Shown here: positions 1-12,805 of the stretch, piece after piece
Position numbering within the stretch: position 1 is the first letter of the stretch
How the letters are laid out: every line of letters begins with the position of its first letter
DNA from: Eledone cirrhosa
Lineage: Eukaryota
NCBI GenBank assembly: GCA_964016885.1
Contig: OZ024757.1
Location: 38,998,001-39,062,000, forward strand
DNA: 64,000 nucleotides
Direction of reading: 5' to 3'
Notes under the pieces: model-generated
Seen by the model: the letters and a program-made list of their open reading frames with translations, nothing else
The model's database searches: none
Told to the model about the DNA's origin: nothing
Made by a program: the position numbers and the translations under genes

Positions 1-78
1 ATATCTTTTTAAGTCTAATTGTCCTTTCGTTCAGGCTCCTAAATTCTGTTCTACGATTGCATGGTTTGGATGTGTGTG

Positions 79-120
<42 letters not shown>

Positions 121-124
121 TATA

Positions 125-300
125 AACAAAGATGGTGTGGTAAGTTACCAGGTGGACCATAACGCACCAGAGTACTCGATACTTGGGGTAACCGAGTGGG
201 TCTTTGGAAAAATGTGAGGAACCCGACAGCTGAGCTCCGACCGTTTCGACTGCTAGATCCGCTGTCGAAATGGCATGAGCTCAACCTACTGGGTCCTGTC
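125..300 (-). mobile_element. (TA)n-embedded short repeat, family A (putative PLE terminal fragment) with short inverted arm
   Basis: Reverse complement matches 15150-15280 and 9170-9275. Inverted gagctc..ccgtttcgac / gtcgaaatggcatgagctc at 232-282. (TA)n on both sides. Confidence 0.6.
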
Positions 301-306
301 TGTTTT

Positions 307-341
<35 letters not shown>

Positions 342-655
342 TAACCCCTGCCTGACCGATGTATTACCGGAGATCAAGTTTAAATGACTTTCATCAATAT
401 AGATGCTGAAATTTAAATTAACACTATCGTGGGCCGGGAAAGTGATCATGATATCTGTATGTTTAGAACTGGATCTTGAAAATATAATACGAAGGAAAAC
501 ATATCAGGGTTCGTGTTTAATATAGTTCAAATGATAGCACTGTTGGACACCACAGTCTGTTTAAAACACATGATATGCAACAGCATAAGGTTAAACAATT
601 CACTGTATGTACGCAATATATATTCTATATGCATGCATAGTTCCATAACTCCTGA

Positions 656-841
656 TGGAGTCAGTATCAGTAGAGCGTCACACACCATGCTTTGCAGCAT
701 AAAAGTATGGTCCTTTGTGTTCTGAGTTCAAATCCTGCTCAGGTTAACTTTACCTTTCATCCTTACAGGGTCGATAGAATAAAGCACCAGTAATGCACTG
801 GGATAATTGCTGGGCTTGTGCCAAAAATAGAAACAATTGTT
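656..841 (+). mobile_element. tRNA-derived SINE, family 1
   Basis: B box gagttcaaatcc, body ggttaactttacctttcatccttacagggtcgat...agaaacaatt, shared with more than 12 copies in the window. Confidence 0.85.
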
Positions 842-963
842 ATATGACATTTCTAGGGTACTTTTAATCCTGTTAATACGCATCTCCTCTCTAGGTCTGA
901 ATAGAGTAGATTTCTTCTAGAGAATGATAGATAGGAAGAGAGAAAGGAAGTGAGGTTGAGATA

Positions 964-1080
964 TACAGGATGAAAAACAAAGTTGACATCGGCGGAATTT
1001 GAACTGAGTGTAAAGGTCCATAACTATATGCTATAAAGAATATTCTCCGATGATCTACCGATACTGTCAATCCATCGGCC
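964..1080 (-). mobile_element. SINE family 1, diverged 5' part
   Basis: Reverse complement contains A-box-like and B-box (agttcaaattccgcc) plus start of body. Confidence 0.7.
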
Positions 1081-2168
1081 ATATAATGTAATAATAATAT
1101 TAATAATAATATTTATAGGAATAATAGATTAATATGTATAACACAGCTATATAGAAACGTTAAGGTAACAATCAACACGCTAGCTCGCTCATTAATAATT
1201 TATAGTTAAGCTAGTGTTACCTGGATCCTTTGTGAATAGTTAGCAAGCCTATACATAAATATATGGAAAACAATGTTTCTTTTTCAATGCATCTCCCTGA
1301 ATTTGAAAGAGATCGGATGAGATATGATATCCACCACAAAAGCAGTTATTTAGACACGGATGTGGTCTGATACAATATGAAAACAATTATATATTATATA
1401 ATATAATATGGGAGTTTTCTAGTAAGAAAAATAATCGCGAGGTAACAAAAACAATATTGACCATTTGAAGAACACATAACAATACAAAATTCCTTTCTCT
1501 ATGTTTTTAAATATGAAAATTATATAATAGAAGAAGACGTGAGAGATAAGAGAAGGAATAATTCTCAGAAAATTCGTACATGACCGACCAAGGACGGACA
1601 TAGAGAGGGTGTCAGTAATAATTGCAAAGAAAGGAATTTTTCATATGAGTCTAAGATCACAGCAGAAACTAGCTTTAATAGAACAAGTAACGGAGCAGAA
1701 TATATATATGATACGCAACTGTAGAATAAGTGGGGATTGAGATGAAATATCGATAACTTTCACTGTTTTTCTCTGACAGGGCTTAAGATAAGAATTCTTA
1801 TAGAAGATTTCACACATCGGATATAATGGTAGCATTATGGAATATAAATGGAATAATGGGTGGCATTAATATACATCAGGAAAGATCTGTGAGGCTGACA
1901 AGGCCACAATATTCTTGGATATGGTAATCCACAAAATACATGGGATAAAAACATTAAAAACAAAAGCATATAATATTTTTTATGATATATATGGGAACAG
2001 ATAATTGACTCCTTGATAACCAGAATGTGGAGATTTGAAACGCTGGCATCTCATATTAAATGTGCGATACAAATAATTTAAATGATTCCGAATAATACAT
2101 AATACGCAAACCAAATTCCTGTTCTTTCATGCTCAAAGAGGATCAAATACATTCTAACCACAGCCATA

Positions 2169-2217
<49 letters not shown>

Positions 2218-2316
2218 ATATAGTCGATACTTGGCGGAGCGGTGTATGGCTATATTAGAAAGTTTCGGAGCCCCAAGGCAAAAGCTCTTGCTATTTTAAC
2301 AGCTAGTTCCATACTA

Positions 2317-2370
<54 letters not shown>

Positions 2371-2372
<2 letters not shown>

Positions 2373-2460
2373 AGGGAGTATAACGTAAAGTTACTGTATG
2401 TTCACCCAGGTGAGCACACGATGTTTAGGTTGACGTCAGTGTCGAGGTGTAGAGCTAACT
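2371..2460 (-). mobile_element. Terminal fragment homologous to the HHR-like element at 34634-34854
   Basis: Reverse complement aligns with 34768-34854 (agctctacacctcgacac...gtgaac.tacagtaact). Abuts (TA)n. Confidence 0.7.
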
Positions 2461-3479
2461 ATTGGTATACATTATAATCATACAGGTTAGAAAAACTGTT
2501 CATTACCATGATTATCATAATATTTATTAAATGTGTTTACGTTGATATAGCTTTGCCTGTTGTTTTAAGCGGTTCAAGTTTTATCTCCTTCGCTTGATTT
2601 CTTCAGTCTCTGTGCTTCAAAGAAGATTTAACTTGTATTAACTGCTTTATTCATAGTCTATTTCTCTATTCTAAAGACCAACCATGTCTCCGGTTAGCAA
2701 TGTTCTGTCTCATTACTGAGTTTGCATTACGATTTCAATTTGTATCCTTTCGGAAATATTGCAGTAGCAGGTTTGTGTTATTATATTGCCCGGGAATTTG
2801 GTTACATCTGTGAAAGATTAATGAAAATGTGCAATATCTTCAAATACAGGTCAATTTGACCAGAGCTAAAGCAAATGGGTCACCAAAATTTCGGGAAATG
2901 TTTTGTTACGCGAGTTCCAATAAAAGAAACATGATAGCTTTTTTTTTATTGTACATATTTCAAATGAAAAGCACTGTCTATGGTTTTAAATCATTTTGAA
3001 AATTCAAAGCTTATGCGATAGACAAGAGATGGGTAGGCATTTAGCCTAAACTGTATAATTTTGTACATGTATTTAGCATATATATCTATTGTCATTAATA
3101 TTTGAATAGTAAGCACTTATATATCTATATATCTGTGTGTATATAATTTATTAAGAGGAATGAAATAGAAACAATTCTGCTCGAAGCCATATCGTGTTCG
3201 TAGATAAAATGATTATAATGGAATTCAACAAATCCACCTGAGAGTATCTAAAACTTATATGAAGAAATAATCTCTACACATATTTTAGCAAATATTGTTG
3301 CCAACTCCACCATTTCTATTTTATATGCATTTCAATTTCGTGTTCTCTTAGTATTTACTTTTAGTATTTCATTAATATTAATATTCCATATAGTCTCATG
3401 ACTGATACAGTCTAAATTACTGAGTGGGCGTTCGAAGGTTTCACAAAACATAATACAAAATCAATAACATCAATATTAC

Positions 3480-3813
3480 CTTACTGGATAGAGGGCGTAA
3501 CTCGGATACCAGAGAGTGACTCCAGGTAGAGCCACTACTTCTCCGAATTGAGAGATCACAGCTTAGATACTATGGGTATGTGGTTAGTATGTCTTAGGAA
3601 AGAATGTGTGGCTAGGGGATCAGAGAGTCACTCTAAGTAGAGATGTTACTTCTCTGAATTGAGAGATCACAGCTCCGATACTATGGACATGTGGTTAGAA
3701 TATCTCAGGTAAGAATCACTGGACAGATTTGTAGCTGGGAGATCAGAGAGTCACTCCAGGAAGAGCCGCTACTTCTCCGAATTGAGAGCTCACAACTTCG
3801 ATACTATGGGGAC

Positions 3814-3815
<2 letters not shown>
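3480..3815 (+). mobile_element. RTE-clade (Expander/Rex3-like) LINE fragment with internal 111+123 bp tandem duplication
   Basis: Translates to LQVEPLLLRIERSQLRYYG.VV.MS, repeated 3 times (anchors 3528, 3639, 3762). Confidence 0.8.
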
Positions 3816-3851
<36 letters not shown>

Positions 3852-4167
3852 TGTGTGTGTGTGTAATGTATGTGAGTATGTATGTGTATCTATGTATGTA
3901 TATATATGTACGTATCTATGCATATATATATGTATGTATGTATTTTATATCGCACTAAAAGGCATGCAGGATCGATTTGCTCCTTAAATTTCAATTGTTT
4001 CTTTATGCAGTTTTCAATAATATCGATTATTACTTATCGATCTGGAAATAATATTGATGGATTTAAAATAGCTTTTGAAGTGATACTATAAAATATTATC
4101 ATAAAAATTACGTAAAAACCAGATTCGTAATAACATCTACTTTATCTTGTATAGGTCTTGTGATAGA

Positions 4168-4950
4168 TGTTGTGGTGGTGGTGGTGGTGGTGGTGTGGCG
4201 GTGGTGTTGTTGCTTGTGGTGGTGGTGATGGTGTGGTGTTCATGGTGGCGGTGGTGGTATTGTGGTGTTGATGGTGGCGGTGATGTTGTTGCTCGTGGTG
4301 GTGCTGGTGGTGGTGGTGATGGTGTGGTGTTGATGGTGGCGGTGGTGATGATGGTGTGGTGTTGATGGTGGCGGTGGTGTTGTTGCATGTGGTGGTGGTG
4401 GCGGTGGTGGTGATGATGGTGTGGTGTTGATGGTGACGGTGGTGTTGTTGCTTGTCGTGGTGGTGGTGGTGGTGGTATTGTGGTGATGATGTGGTGATGA
4501 TGGTGTGGTGTTGTTGTTATTTGTGGTGGTGGTGTGGTTGTTCTTTGCTTGTGTGGTGGCGGTGTTGTTGTGGTTGCTGCTGCTTGTGGTGTTGCTGTTC
4601 GCGGCGTTGCAGTTGTTGTTGTTGCTACCCTTGCTTTTGATGAAGTTGATGTTGCTTGTAGTTGTGGTGTTGGTGTTGGTGTTGTTGTTGTTTGTGGTGT
4701 TGTTGTTGTTTGTGCCACTGATATTGTGGTCGTTGTTCTTGTTGCTGTTGTCTCTGGTTTTTACATCTTGCAAAGTTCATGTCTCGTTCATTTTTTAGTG
4801 GTTTTGTTTTGTGTTCGTGAGTGTGTGTGTGTGTGTATTTGTGTGTGTGTTTGTGTTTGTGTGTTTGAGTGTGTGTGTGAGTGTTCGTCTGTTTGTTTGT
4901 GTGTTTGTGTGTTTGACTGAGTATGCTTGTGTGTGTGTGTAATTGTGTGT
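4168..4950. repeat. Degenerate (GGT)n/(GTT)n then (GT)n microsatellite
   Basis: Directly visible trinucleotide and dinucleotide runs. Confidence 0.95.
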
Positions 4951-5317
4951 GTTTTAAAATTTATTGACAAATGTGTGTTTGCATATTAATTATATTGTGT
5001 GTGCAAACATTGCTTTGTTATATAATGTTTATTTTGGTGCATGCACAGGTGGTAAAATCATTTTGAGTGTGTAGCTTAGAGACTGACTACTACTACTACT
5101 GCTGCTGCTGCGGTTAATGTTAGTATTATTCTTGCAAGTAACCTCTACTACTACTACAAATATATCTTCTTCTTCTTCTTCTTAATCGTCTTTCCCTTTT
5201 TTCTACTTCTTTCCCTAAATTTCCTTTATCATCTTGTCATTTTTGTTATCCTTCTTCGTCTTCTCTTTTTCCTTTTTTTATTCTCCTTCTTTTTCTTCTT
5301 CATCCCCCACTCATTCC

Positions 5318-5535
5318 TGGGTGGGTCTTGTCAGAAAGTAACCATCTCCAACTAAGCCGGCTGGATCCCCAGGTAGACCAGCCAAGTTCATGGATATAAC
5401 CCAACCATCTTGCTCAGGTGTCTCCTACATATTGTTTTATTTTCCTGTAAAATCTGTCCTGCAATTATTTCCTGAGACATTCTAACCACGTGCCTATAGT
5501 AACGGAGCTGTCATCTCTCCGAATTTGGAGAGACG
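5318..5535 (-). mobile_element. RTE-clade LINE 3' fragment
   Basis: Reverse complement matches 25260-25450 (..HVVRMSQE..ILQ.. region). Single unit. Confidence 0.75.
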
Positions 5536-5578
5536 GTAGGGATGATAGTTATCAAAGTCGTAATATGACGTACGTGTG

Positions 5579-5610
<32 letters not shown>

Positions 5611-5719
5611 ATAGCTCACACCTATGCAGGTATTAGCTGGCCTCCTCCAAGGTATATCTCGTTGGAGGTGTCTTGGGTAATTTAATGATAGGGACCCCAG
5701 TTCCTATCATCTAATTTCT

Positions 5720-5856
5720 ACATCTGAATAAACTGGAGCAACGTGAAATAAAGTGTCTTGCTCAAGGAAACAACACATCACCCGGTCCGAGAATTGAACT
5801 CACAACCTTTCCATTGCAAGCCCAATGCTCTAAACACTAAACCATGCGTCTTCACA
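5720..5856 (-). mobile_element. tRNA-derived SINE, family 2
   Basis: ctggagcaacgtgaaataaagtgtcttgctcaagg..acaac plus B-box-like gagttcaattct on minus. Also at 32840-33055 and 58850-59100. Confidence 0.75.
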
Positions 5857-6079
5857 ATATGACGTATGTATCGCTGACGGTGATGTGGGAGTGAAGGGTT
5901 ACCTTCGATTGCATCGATATCATTACCTTAGTTGTTACTTTCCTTTATTGTCCTGTGATTGATGAAAGATGATTGCAATCCAATTGGGATTCGATCTTAC
6001 AACTTAAAGAGTCACGTGGCACTTCGATATTATCTAACCTTATTAATTTGTAATATTGGCTTCACAGATAAAGCGAAAT

Positions 6080-6124
6080 TGCTGCTGCTACCAGCACTAC
6101 TACAACTACTACTATTGCTACTAT

Positions 6125-6179
<55 letters not shown>

Positions 6180-6228
6180 GATGCTGCTACTACTACTACT
6201 ACTATTACTACTACTACTACTACTATTG

Positions 6229-6272
<44 letters not shown>

Positions 6273-6405
6273 GATGCTGCTACTACTACTACTACTATTA
6301 CTACTACTACTACTACTACTATTGCTACTACTACTACTACTAGTACTACTACTACTATTATTACTACTACTACGGATGCTGCAACTACTACTACTACTAC
6401 TGTTG
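6080..6405. repeat. (CTA)n microsatellite with higher-order repeats
   Basis: Visible. Confidence 0.95.
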
Positions 6406-8104
6406 ATTGTTGATGATGGGCGATGATAATTATTATGGTGTTGATTATTACATTCGCAAAGCCGAAAAGACAAAACAACTACTGTGACAATTTTATTGGT
6501 ATCATTTTTTGTTTTCATAGCTATTACTATTATTATTGCAGTTGTTGCTGTTATTATTGTTGTGGTTAATATTGTTTTTATATTAACATTGTTCTAGTTA
6601 TAGTGATTATTATTGGTATTATCATTACTATTATTATTATAAAATGTCAAATCAAATTAAGCTGAAATGCTCTGGAAGATTTCTTGTTTTAATTCGTTCC
6701 CTCAAGTTAAAATTTCTCTTGTTATAAATTTCTAAAACTCAGAAATAAATTACAATAACAACAACAGCAGCAACTAGCAACACTCGCCACTTTCTCACCA
6801 TCTTCACAACAGCAGCAACACGAAGAACAAAGCGATATAGTACAACAATGAAAGCTATAGCATTAATTTCATGCAGAAGGGTGACATGAATATATCAATG
6901 GTATCTCAAGTAGTTACGATAGAATGTATGAGAGGTTGGGATGTTTGATACACCATCTTATGTTCGTAAATTCGATTCTTGCTAGTGTGTTGTGTTCTTG
7001 AATAAGACACGTTATTTCACGTTGCACATTATCACTCAACTTTTAAAAATGACTTTTATCTGAATAGAATTCAAAAGGCCATCTTTTGTTACACTGTATA
7101 TCCTGTTGATTTTCTCTGAGAACTCGAACTATGTTAATGGTGTATGTTCCTATAGAAAGCCCAGCCATTTACACTTTTATGTTGCTACCAACTCAAACAA
7201 CTGGAGCAATCGTCGTCATAACCTTCAGATGATTACCAACACTAGCAGTATTAGTTAATCAAGTATTACATAATCAAGAATTTGGTACCATTAACTGATC
7301 TTTCCAAATTTCTCGTTGTTAAACTTATTTGTTTTAAAGAAAGGTTCTTGCATAAAAATACGATGGATGGCTTCGACGATGTTTCGGTCGACTAGTTTTC
7401 TCCCAGAAGGTTTCGAAGGACATGAAAGTATGATAAATTACCTTACATCAAATGCCAGGGCGTAGTATCAAACCTGGGACCTAATGACTTCTAATTGAAG
7501 AGCTTTACCACGTAGCTACACATGCACTCTCAGTTCTGTATAATGTAGCTTCTATCTCTAACATTGATTTCCAATTGCAATGAGAGGATTGGGGTTGTTT
7601 CTTTCGTTTTTTAACACAGTTGAGGTCAAATCAAGCAGATATATGATCAAAGGATACTTCAAACGTGACCAACAACGACATGCTTTAAAAAGTCCTTCTA
7701 TCTAGAATCACATTATCAATTTCATTCGGTATTTTCATATTTAAATTCGCTTGTTTTTTAAACTAAACGAAGGGTGCGTTTTAAAGAGAGGTGTTGGCGG
7801 ATATTTACAGTAGCTCGAGGTTCCCTAGTTTTCTAGTGGGGATGGTTTTTATTGCTGTTGTTTCTTAAAAATATTTGATCTTTGCTAATCCCTCTATAGG
7901 TTGATTTCATCTATTTGATACCAGCATTTAAAGTATCACTGGAGGGAAATATCCAAGATTTTATATTGGAGAAAAACAAAGGACAAAAAAAAAGTCTCCA
8001 TGGAAGTTCCAGTATGTTGGTATTTTAAAAACTGAATTTTAATGATCCAATATGAAAGCTATTCAACATAACTAGGTATGCATGTATATATATGTATGTT
8101 TGTG

Positions 8105-8138
<34 letters not shown>

Positions 8139-8500
8139 CGTGTATGTGTGTGTATGTATATATGTGTGTATATGTATATGTATGTATATGTGTATGTATA
8201 TGTGTATGTATGTATATGTGTGGGTGTATGTGTGTGTGTATGTATATATGTGTGTGTATGTGTGTATGTATATATATGTGTGTGTGTATGTATGTATATA
8301 TATGTGTGTATATGATTATATGAATATCTGGTAAATCGCTCGTGTCGGATAGAATGACTTGCGGTAAACGTTCCGGCTCGCGACTCTCTCTGAATTCAAA
8401 TCTCGCCGGGGATAGAATTGCTTTACGTCCTTTCATGGTGGATGAAATAAAATGAGCCTGGACACTACTGAGGTTGATTGTTTTTCTAATCACATTCTCA

Positions 8501-8565
<65 letters not shown>

Positions 8566-8573
<8 letters not shown>

Positions 8574-8624
8574 GAAATGTCTTCTACAGGCCTAGAACTC
8601 GGGATAAACATGTATGTATGTATG

Positions 8625-8665
<41 letters not shown>

Positions 8666-8704
8666 GAAATGTCTTCTACAGGCCTAGAACTGGGGATAAA
8701 CATG

Positions 8705-8762
<58 letters not shown>

Positions 8763-8812
8763 AGAAATGTCTTCTACAGGCCTAGAACTCGGGATAAACA
8801 TGTATGTATGTA

Positions 8813-8859
<47 letters not shown>

Positions 8860-8986
8860 GAAATGTCTTCTACGGGTCTAGAACTCGTGATAAACATGTA
8901 TGTATGTATGTATGTATGTATGTATGTATATATATATATAAAATATAGAAGTGTCTTCTGCAGGCCGAGAACTCGGAATAAACATG

Positions 8987-9018
<32 letters not shown>

Positions 9019-9110
9019 GATATATATATATATAGATATATAAAATATAGAAATGTCTTCTACAGGTCTAGAACTCGTGATAAACATGTATGTATGTATG
9101 TATGTATATA
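8566..9110. repeat. 6-unit array: about 45-bp constant unit plus variable (TATG)n/(TA)n tract
   Basis: aaaatatagaaatgtcttctacaggcctagaactcgggataaacatg at about 8566, 8657, 8757, 8852, 8940 and 9042. Confidence 0.95.
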
Positions 9111-9273
9111 AGAAGAGAGCCAGAACCCCGACGTCAGAGCTCAAGCAGGTTCGACGGCTATTTCTGGACCCCGTCGGGGTTCTGCCTCTCTTCATATTAC
9201 CCACACTACTACCCAAAGTATTGAGTATTCTGGTCTGTTATGGTCCACTTGGTTCCTTACCACACTTCCTTCG

Positions 9274-9275
<2 letters not shown>
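9111..9275 (+). mobile_element. Family A element with inverted 5' arm
   Basis: agaaccccgacg...ccgtcggggttct inversion. Tail ccttaccacacttc runs into (TA)n. Confidence 0.65.
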
Positions 9276-9308
<33 letters not shown>

Positions 9309-9327
9309 GAGAGGGGGAGAGAGAGAG

Positions 9328-9475
9328 TCTGGGTTCAATCGGGGTTATCCGCAGTAAGAGACGTAATACATATTTAGAGTATTTAATACAGAAAAAGCTC
9401 CTACAGGACTAGAATTGTTTCATTCAAAATAAATCTTCAGGAAAGCTTTCTAGAACTGTAGAAGCCATTTCTATA

Positions 9476-9476
<1 letters not shown>
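9328..9476 (-). mobile_element. Family D putative PLE pLTR with degenerate HHR core and inverted arm
   Basis: Homologous to 62962-63091. Minus strand reads CUGAAGA-uuuauuuugaau-GAAA-caauucua. 9448-9476 is an inverted copy of the end. Confidence 0.6.
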
Positions 9477-9514
<38 letters not shown>

Positions 9515-9519
<5 letters not shown>

Positions 9520-9698
9520 CATGATATATATATATTATACATGATATATATATATTATACATGATATATATATATTATACATGATATATATATATTATAC
9601 ATGATATATATATATTATACATGATATATATATATTATACATGATATATATATATTATACATGATATATATATATCATACATGATATATATATATATA
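9515..9698. repeat. 20-bp minisatellite (tatacatgatatatatatat)
   Basis: About 9 near-perfect units. Confidence 0.95.
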
Positions 9699-9932
9699 TG
9701 ACCGCAAATATATCTGGAACAAAACAACACCAAAATAGACAAACACATATTTATGTGTCTGAGTGTGTGTGTCTGTCTGTGTATCTCTCTCTCTCTCTCT
9801 CTCTCTAGAATACCGGAAAAACCTATAGTAAATTATTGGATCAATCTTTCTTGTAAAACTGAGACCTGACGCCTGCTGTTGTTACACGCAGTCACAAAAT
9901 CGCACTCTCTCTCTGTCTCTTTCCCACTCTCG

Positions 9933-9982
<50 letters not shown>

Positions 9983-10668
9983 CTTTGTTTGTTCTCAAAA
10001 TATATAGTATATATATCATATAGTCTATATTCACTTTAGAAATAATTCCGATTTTTTTCTCCTTTTCAAATCACTTCTCTTTGGCCAGCATAATCCATTG
10101 TATTGCTCGTCATAGTGGACCCACATTTGGTACAATTCCATATAAATCTATATACTAATCTAATTTAATTATATTTTACTCTATTGTCGTCCAGATTACA
10201 TTATTTCTAATCTGCACATTCTTTTCTTTATATTTCTTCTTCTTCTTCTTCTGAATTTTCCAATTATTTTGTATTACTACTATATATCTTAGAATTATGT
10301 TTTTCTTCTTAAATTTTATCCATTTTATTGTTACTAATATTATTGTTATTATTTTTATTTGTATTATTATTATTATTATTATTATTAGTATTTATATCCG
10401 TGAATTATATACGATTCTCTAGAATTTCTATTATTTGTGCCGTCTATTGTATCTTATTCTTCTCTTTAGACATTCCTGTTTGATATATTCTCCCCATGTC
10501 TATACTTCTCTGTACTATTTTTGACACGCTACATTGTAATCCTTGCATTATATTATGTTATATTATATTGTATTGTATATTATATTATACTATATTATGT
10601 TATATTATAGTGTATTATATGTTATAGTTTATTATATATTATATTGTATTATATTATATTATACTATA

Positions 10669-10862
10669 AGGGCGGTGAATTGGCAGTATCGGTAGAGGGT
10701 CGGACGCCAAGCTTTCTAGCATAGTTACGGCCCTTTATGCTCTGAGTTCAAATCCCGCCGAGGTTAACTTTGCCTTTCAAACTTACGGGGTCGATAAAAT
10801 AAAGTACCAGCAATACACTGGTTAATTGCTGGCCTTGTGCCAAAAGTAGAAACAATTATTTA
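10669..10862 (+). mobile_element. SINE family 1, full length
   Basis: A box tggcagtatcggtag, B box gagttcaaatccc, body, and (TATTA)n tail. Confidence 0.9.
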
Positions 10863-10901
10863 TTATATTATATTATATTATATTATATTATATTATATTA
10901 T

Positions 10902-10940
10902 ACTAGCTGGCCCCGTTCCGTGAAAACATGGCGGCCAATT
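10902..10940 (-). mobile_element. Possible Helitron 3' terminus
   Basis: Minus strand: GC-rich hairpin (ccatg-tttt-cacgg) followed by CTAG|T. Confidence 0.35.
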
Positions 10941-10961
10941 GTAATATCTATACATAATATA

Positions 10962-11152
10962 ATTGTTTCTACTTTCGGTACAAGGTCAGCAATTATCCAA
11001 TGTATTACTGGTGCTTTATTTTATCGACCCCCGTAAGGATGAAAGGCAAAGTTAACCTCGGCGGGATTTGGACTCAGATCGTAAAGGACCGTAAATCTAT
11101 CCTGTAAAGCATTGTGTCTGACGCTCTACTTGTACTGCCAATCAAACACCCT
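10962..11152 (-). mobile_element. SINE family 1, full length, with about 20-bp target-site duplication
   Basis: atatctatacataatataat at 10944-10963 and 11153-11172 flanks the SINE. Confidence 0.9.
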
Positions 11153-11279
11153 ATATCTATACATAATATAATAAAAGTTTGTCATCACCCCTTCCATCCT
11201 TTGTTGAAGTCATCACGTCTTCCATCCTCAGTCGACGCCATCACCCATTCCATGGGGCCGCCAACACAAGAGCAGCAAA

Positions 11280-11422
11280 GAATTACGGCCCTTTATAGTT
11301 TGAGTTCAAATCCCACTAAGGTTAACTTTGCCTTTCATCCTTTCGTGGTCGATAAAATAAAGTACCAGTAATAAACTGGTATAATTGGTGGCCTTGTGCG
11401 AAACGTAGAAACAATTATTACT
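11280..11422 (+). mobile_element. SINE family 1, 5'-truncated
   Basis: B box through agaaacaattatt tail. Confidence 0.85.
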
Positions 11423-11461
11423 ATTCGAAAAACTTAGATTACATTTGTATATATATATATC

Positions 11462-11684
11462 TATTAAAATAACAGATTAAAGTTTAAGCAAGTTTAAGTA
11501 TCACCCTTAACAGGATCTTCTGAAACTCCCGTTTCAGAAGATCTCGATAAGGGTGAAAGCAGCGATTCTTGCTTAAAATTGTAATCTTTTATTTTAATAA
11601 ATATTTGCTCTAGGGTTCTTATATATTTGATATATTTTTATCCTGATCGTGCCCTCTTTGGGTTTTAGTCTTCATATTTATTAT

Positions 11685-11688
<4 letters not shown>
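11462..11688 (+). mobile_element. Family B putative PLE pLTR with inverted arm
   Basis: Inverted repeat 11462-11526 / 11531-11599, then tail. Homologous to 26019-26210 and 59661-59830. Confidence 0.7.
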
Positions 11689-11739
<51 letters not shown>

Positions 11740-12047
11740 ATATATATATATAAACTATAAATTATGTCCTTAGAATCATTTGATAAGATATATACTCAAT
11801 TTCCTCTCCCAATTAGCATAATCAACCACACAAAAACCAATTAAACCAGGCTATAAGATTAAAAGGCACCTGTGAAAAAATAATAGATAAATAAACGATA
11901 GCTATTTATTCGCGATCAACAGCTATAGAATATTTACCCATCATTTCAATAGCACGTGGAAATCGATTAAATATATCGTCAACCATACACAATTAGGTAT
12001 AAAATTAAAGTTAGAAGAAAAAATGCATATACACATACCAGGATTAC

Positions 12048-12128
12048 ATTTCTACCCTTAGGGTTTCGTTCGCTTTCGGAAATATCCTTTCAAGGATAAA
12101 TTATCGAGCTTCGAACTCATCAGGAAAC
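12048..12128 (-). ncRNA. Type I hammerhead ribozyme with extended stem II
   Basis: Minus strand: guuuc-CUGAUGA-guucg[39 nt]cgaac-GAAA-ccc uaa ggg-UA-gaaau. All core nucleotides and three helices present; predicted cleavage after GUA. Confidence 0.85.
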
Positions 12129-12504
12129 AAACTCACTTAGACAAAGATTTTTCTTAATTGATCCCCGCCAAAACGAATTCAAAATGGCTAAGAACTGTGA
12201 CGTGGCAGTGGTCACGTCAGAAAGAATGTGATTGGTGCCTACGGCTAGTAGGCTGGTTGCTAGAAAGCGCAGCCTAATATTGCCCAAATTGCATCTCAAC
12301 CTATATGGGAGATTATATATATATTTATATATAATAGTCTCTTCAGGTCGGTCAGATGCAACGTTCCAATCTTCAAGCTTAATCATTTCCAATCAAATAA
12401 CTTTGTAAAAGAGATAAGAAGTATATAAAGTCCTACACCAACTGTAGGTGAAGAAATAACTGGTAGGGTGATAGGACGACAATGAAATCCATTATCATCG
12501 ATTT

Positions 12505-12676
12505 CTATCAGCAGAGGGTCGGATATGTTTTCCAGCATAGTTACGTCCCTTTACGATCTGAGTTCAAATCCGGCCGAGGTTAACTTTGCCTTTCATCCTT
12601 ACGGGGTCGATAAAATAAAGTACCAGTAATGCACTGCGTAATTGCTGGCCTTGGGCCTAAAATAGAAACAATTATC
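12505..12676 (+). mobile_element. SINE family 1
   Basis: B box, body and tail. Confidence 0.85.
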
Positions 12677-12753
12677 AATATAATATCATCAGCCTTGTGT
12701 GACTGTAACTATAGCTATGTTTATCGCTTTATCTGCCCATTTCTTACTCTTTG

Positions 12754-12792
<39 letters not shown>

Positions 12793-12805
12793 AATATGTA
12801 TATAT

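Noticed and set aside
1419-1900. Possible decayed LINE ORF on the minus strand
   Set aside because: Only a vague QRK.VK.I resemblance, too weak without a profile search.
4137-6518. Poly-T/H/L/S/V ORFs resembling mucins or membrane proteins (also 53810-54640)
   Set aside because: Trinucleotide microsatellites open in several frames on both strands.
8566-9110. CRISPR-like repeat/spacer appearance
   Set aside because: Spacers are simple TA tracts, there are no cas genes, and the context is eukaryotic.
10669-10770. tRNA gene
   Set aside because: A and B boxes belong to a SINE head; no cloverleaf, and the SINE body follows.
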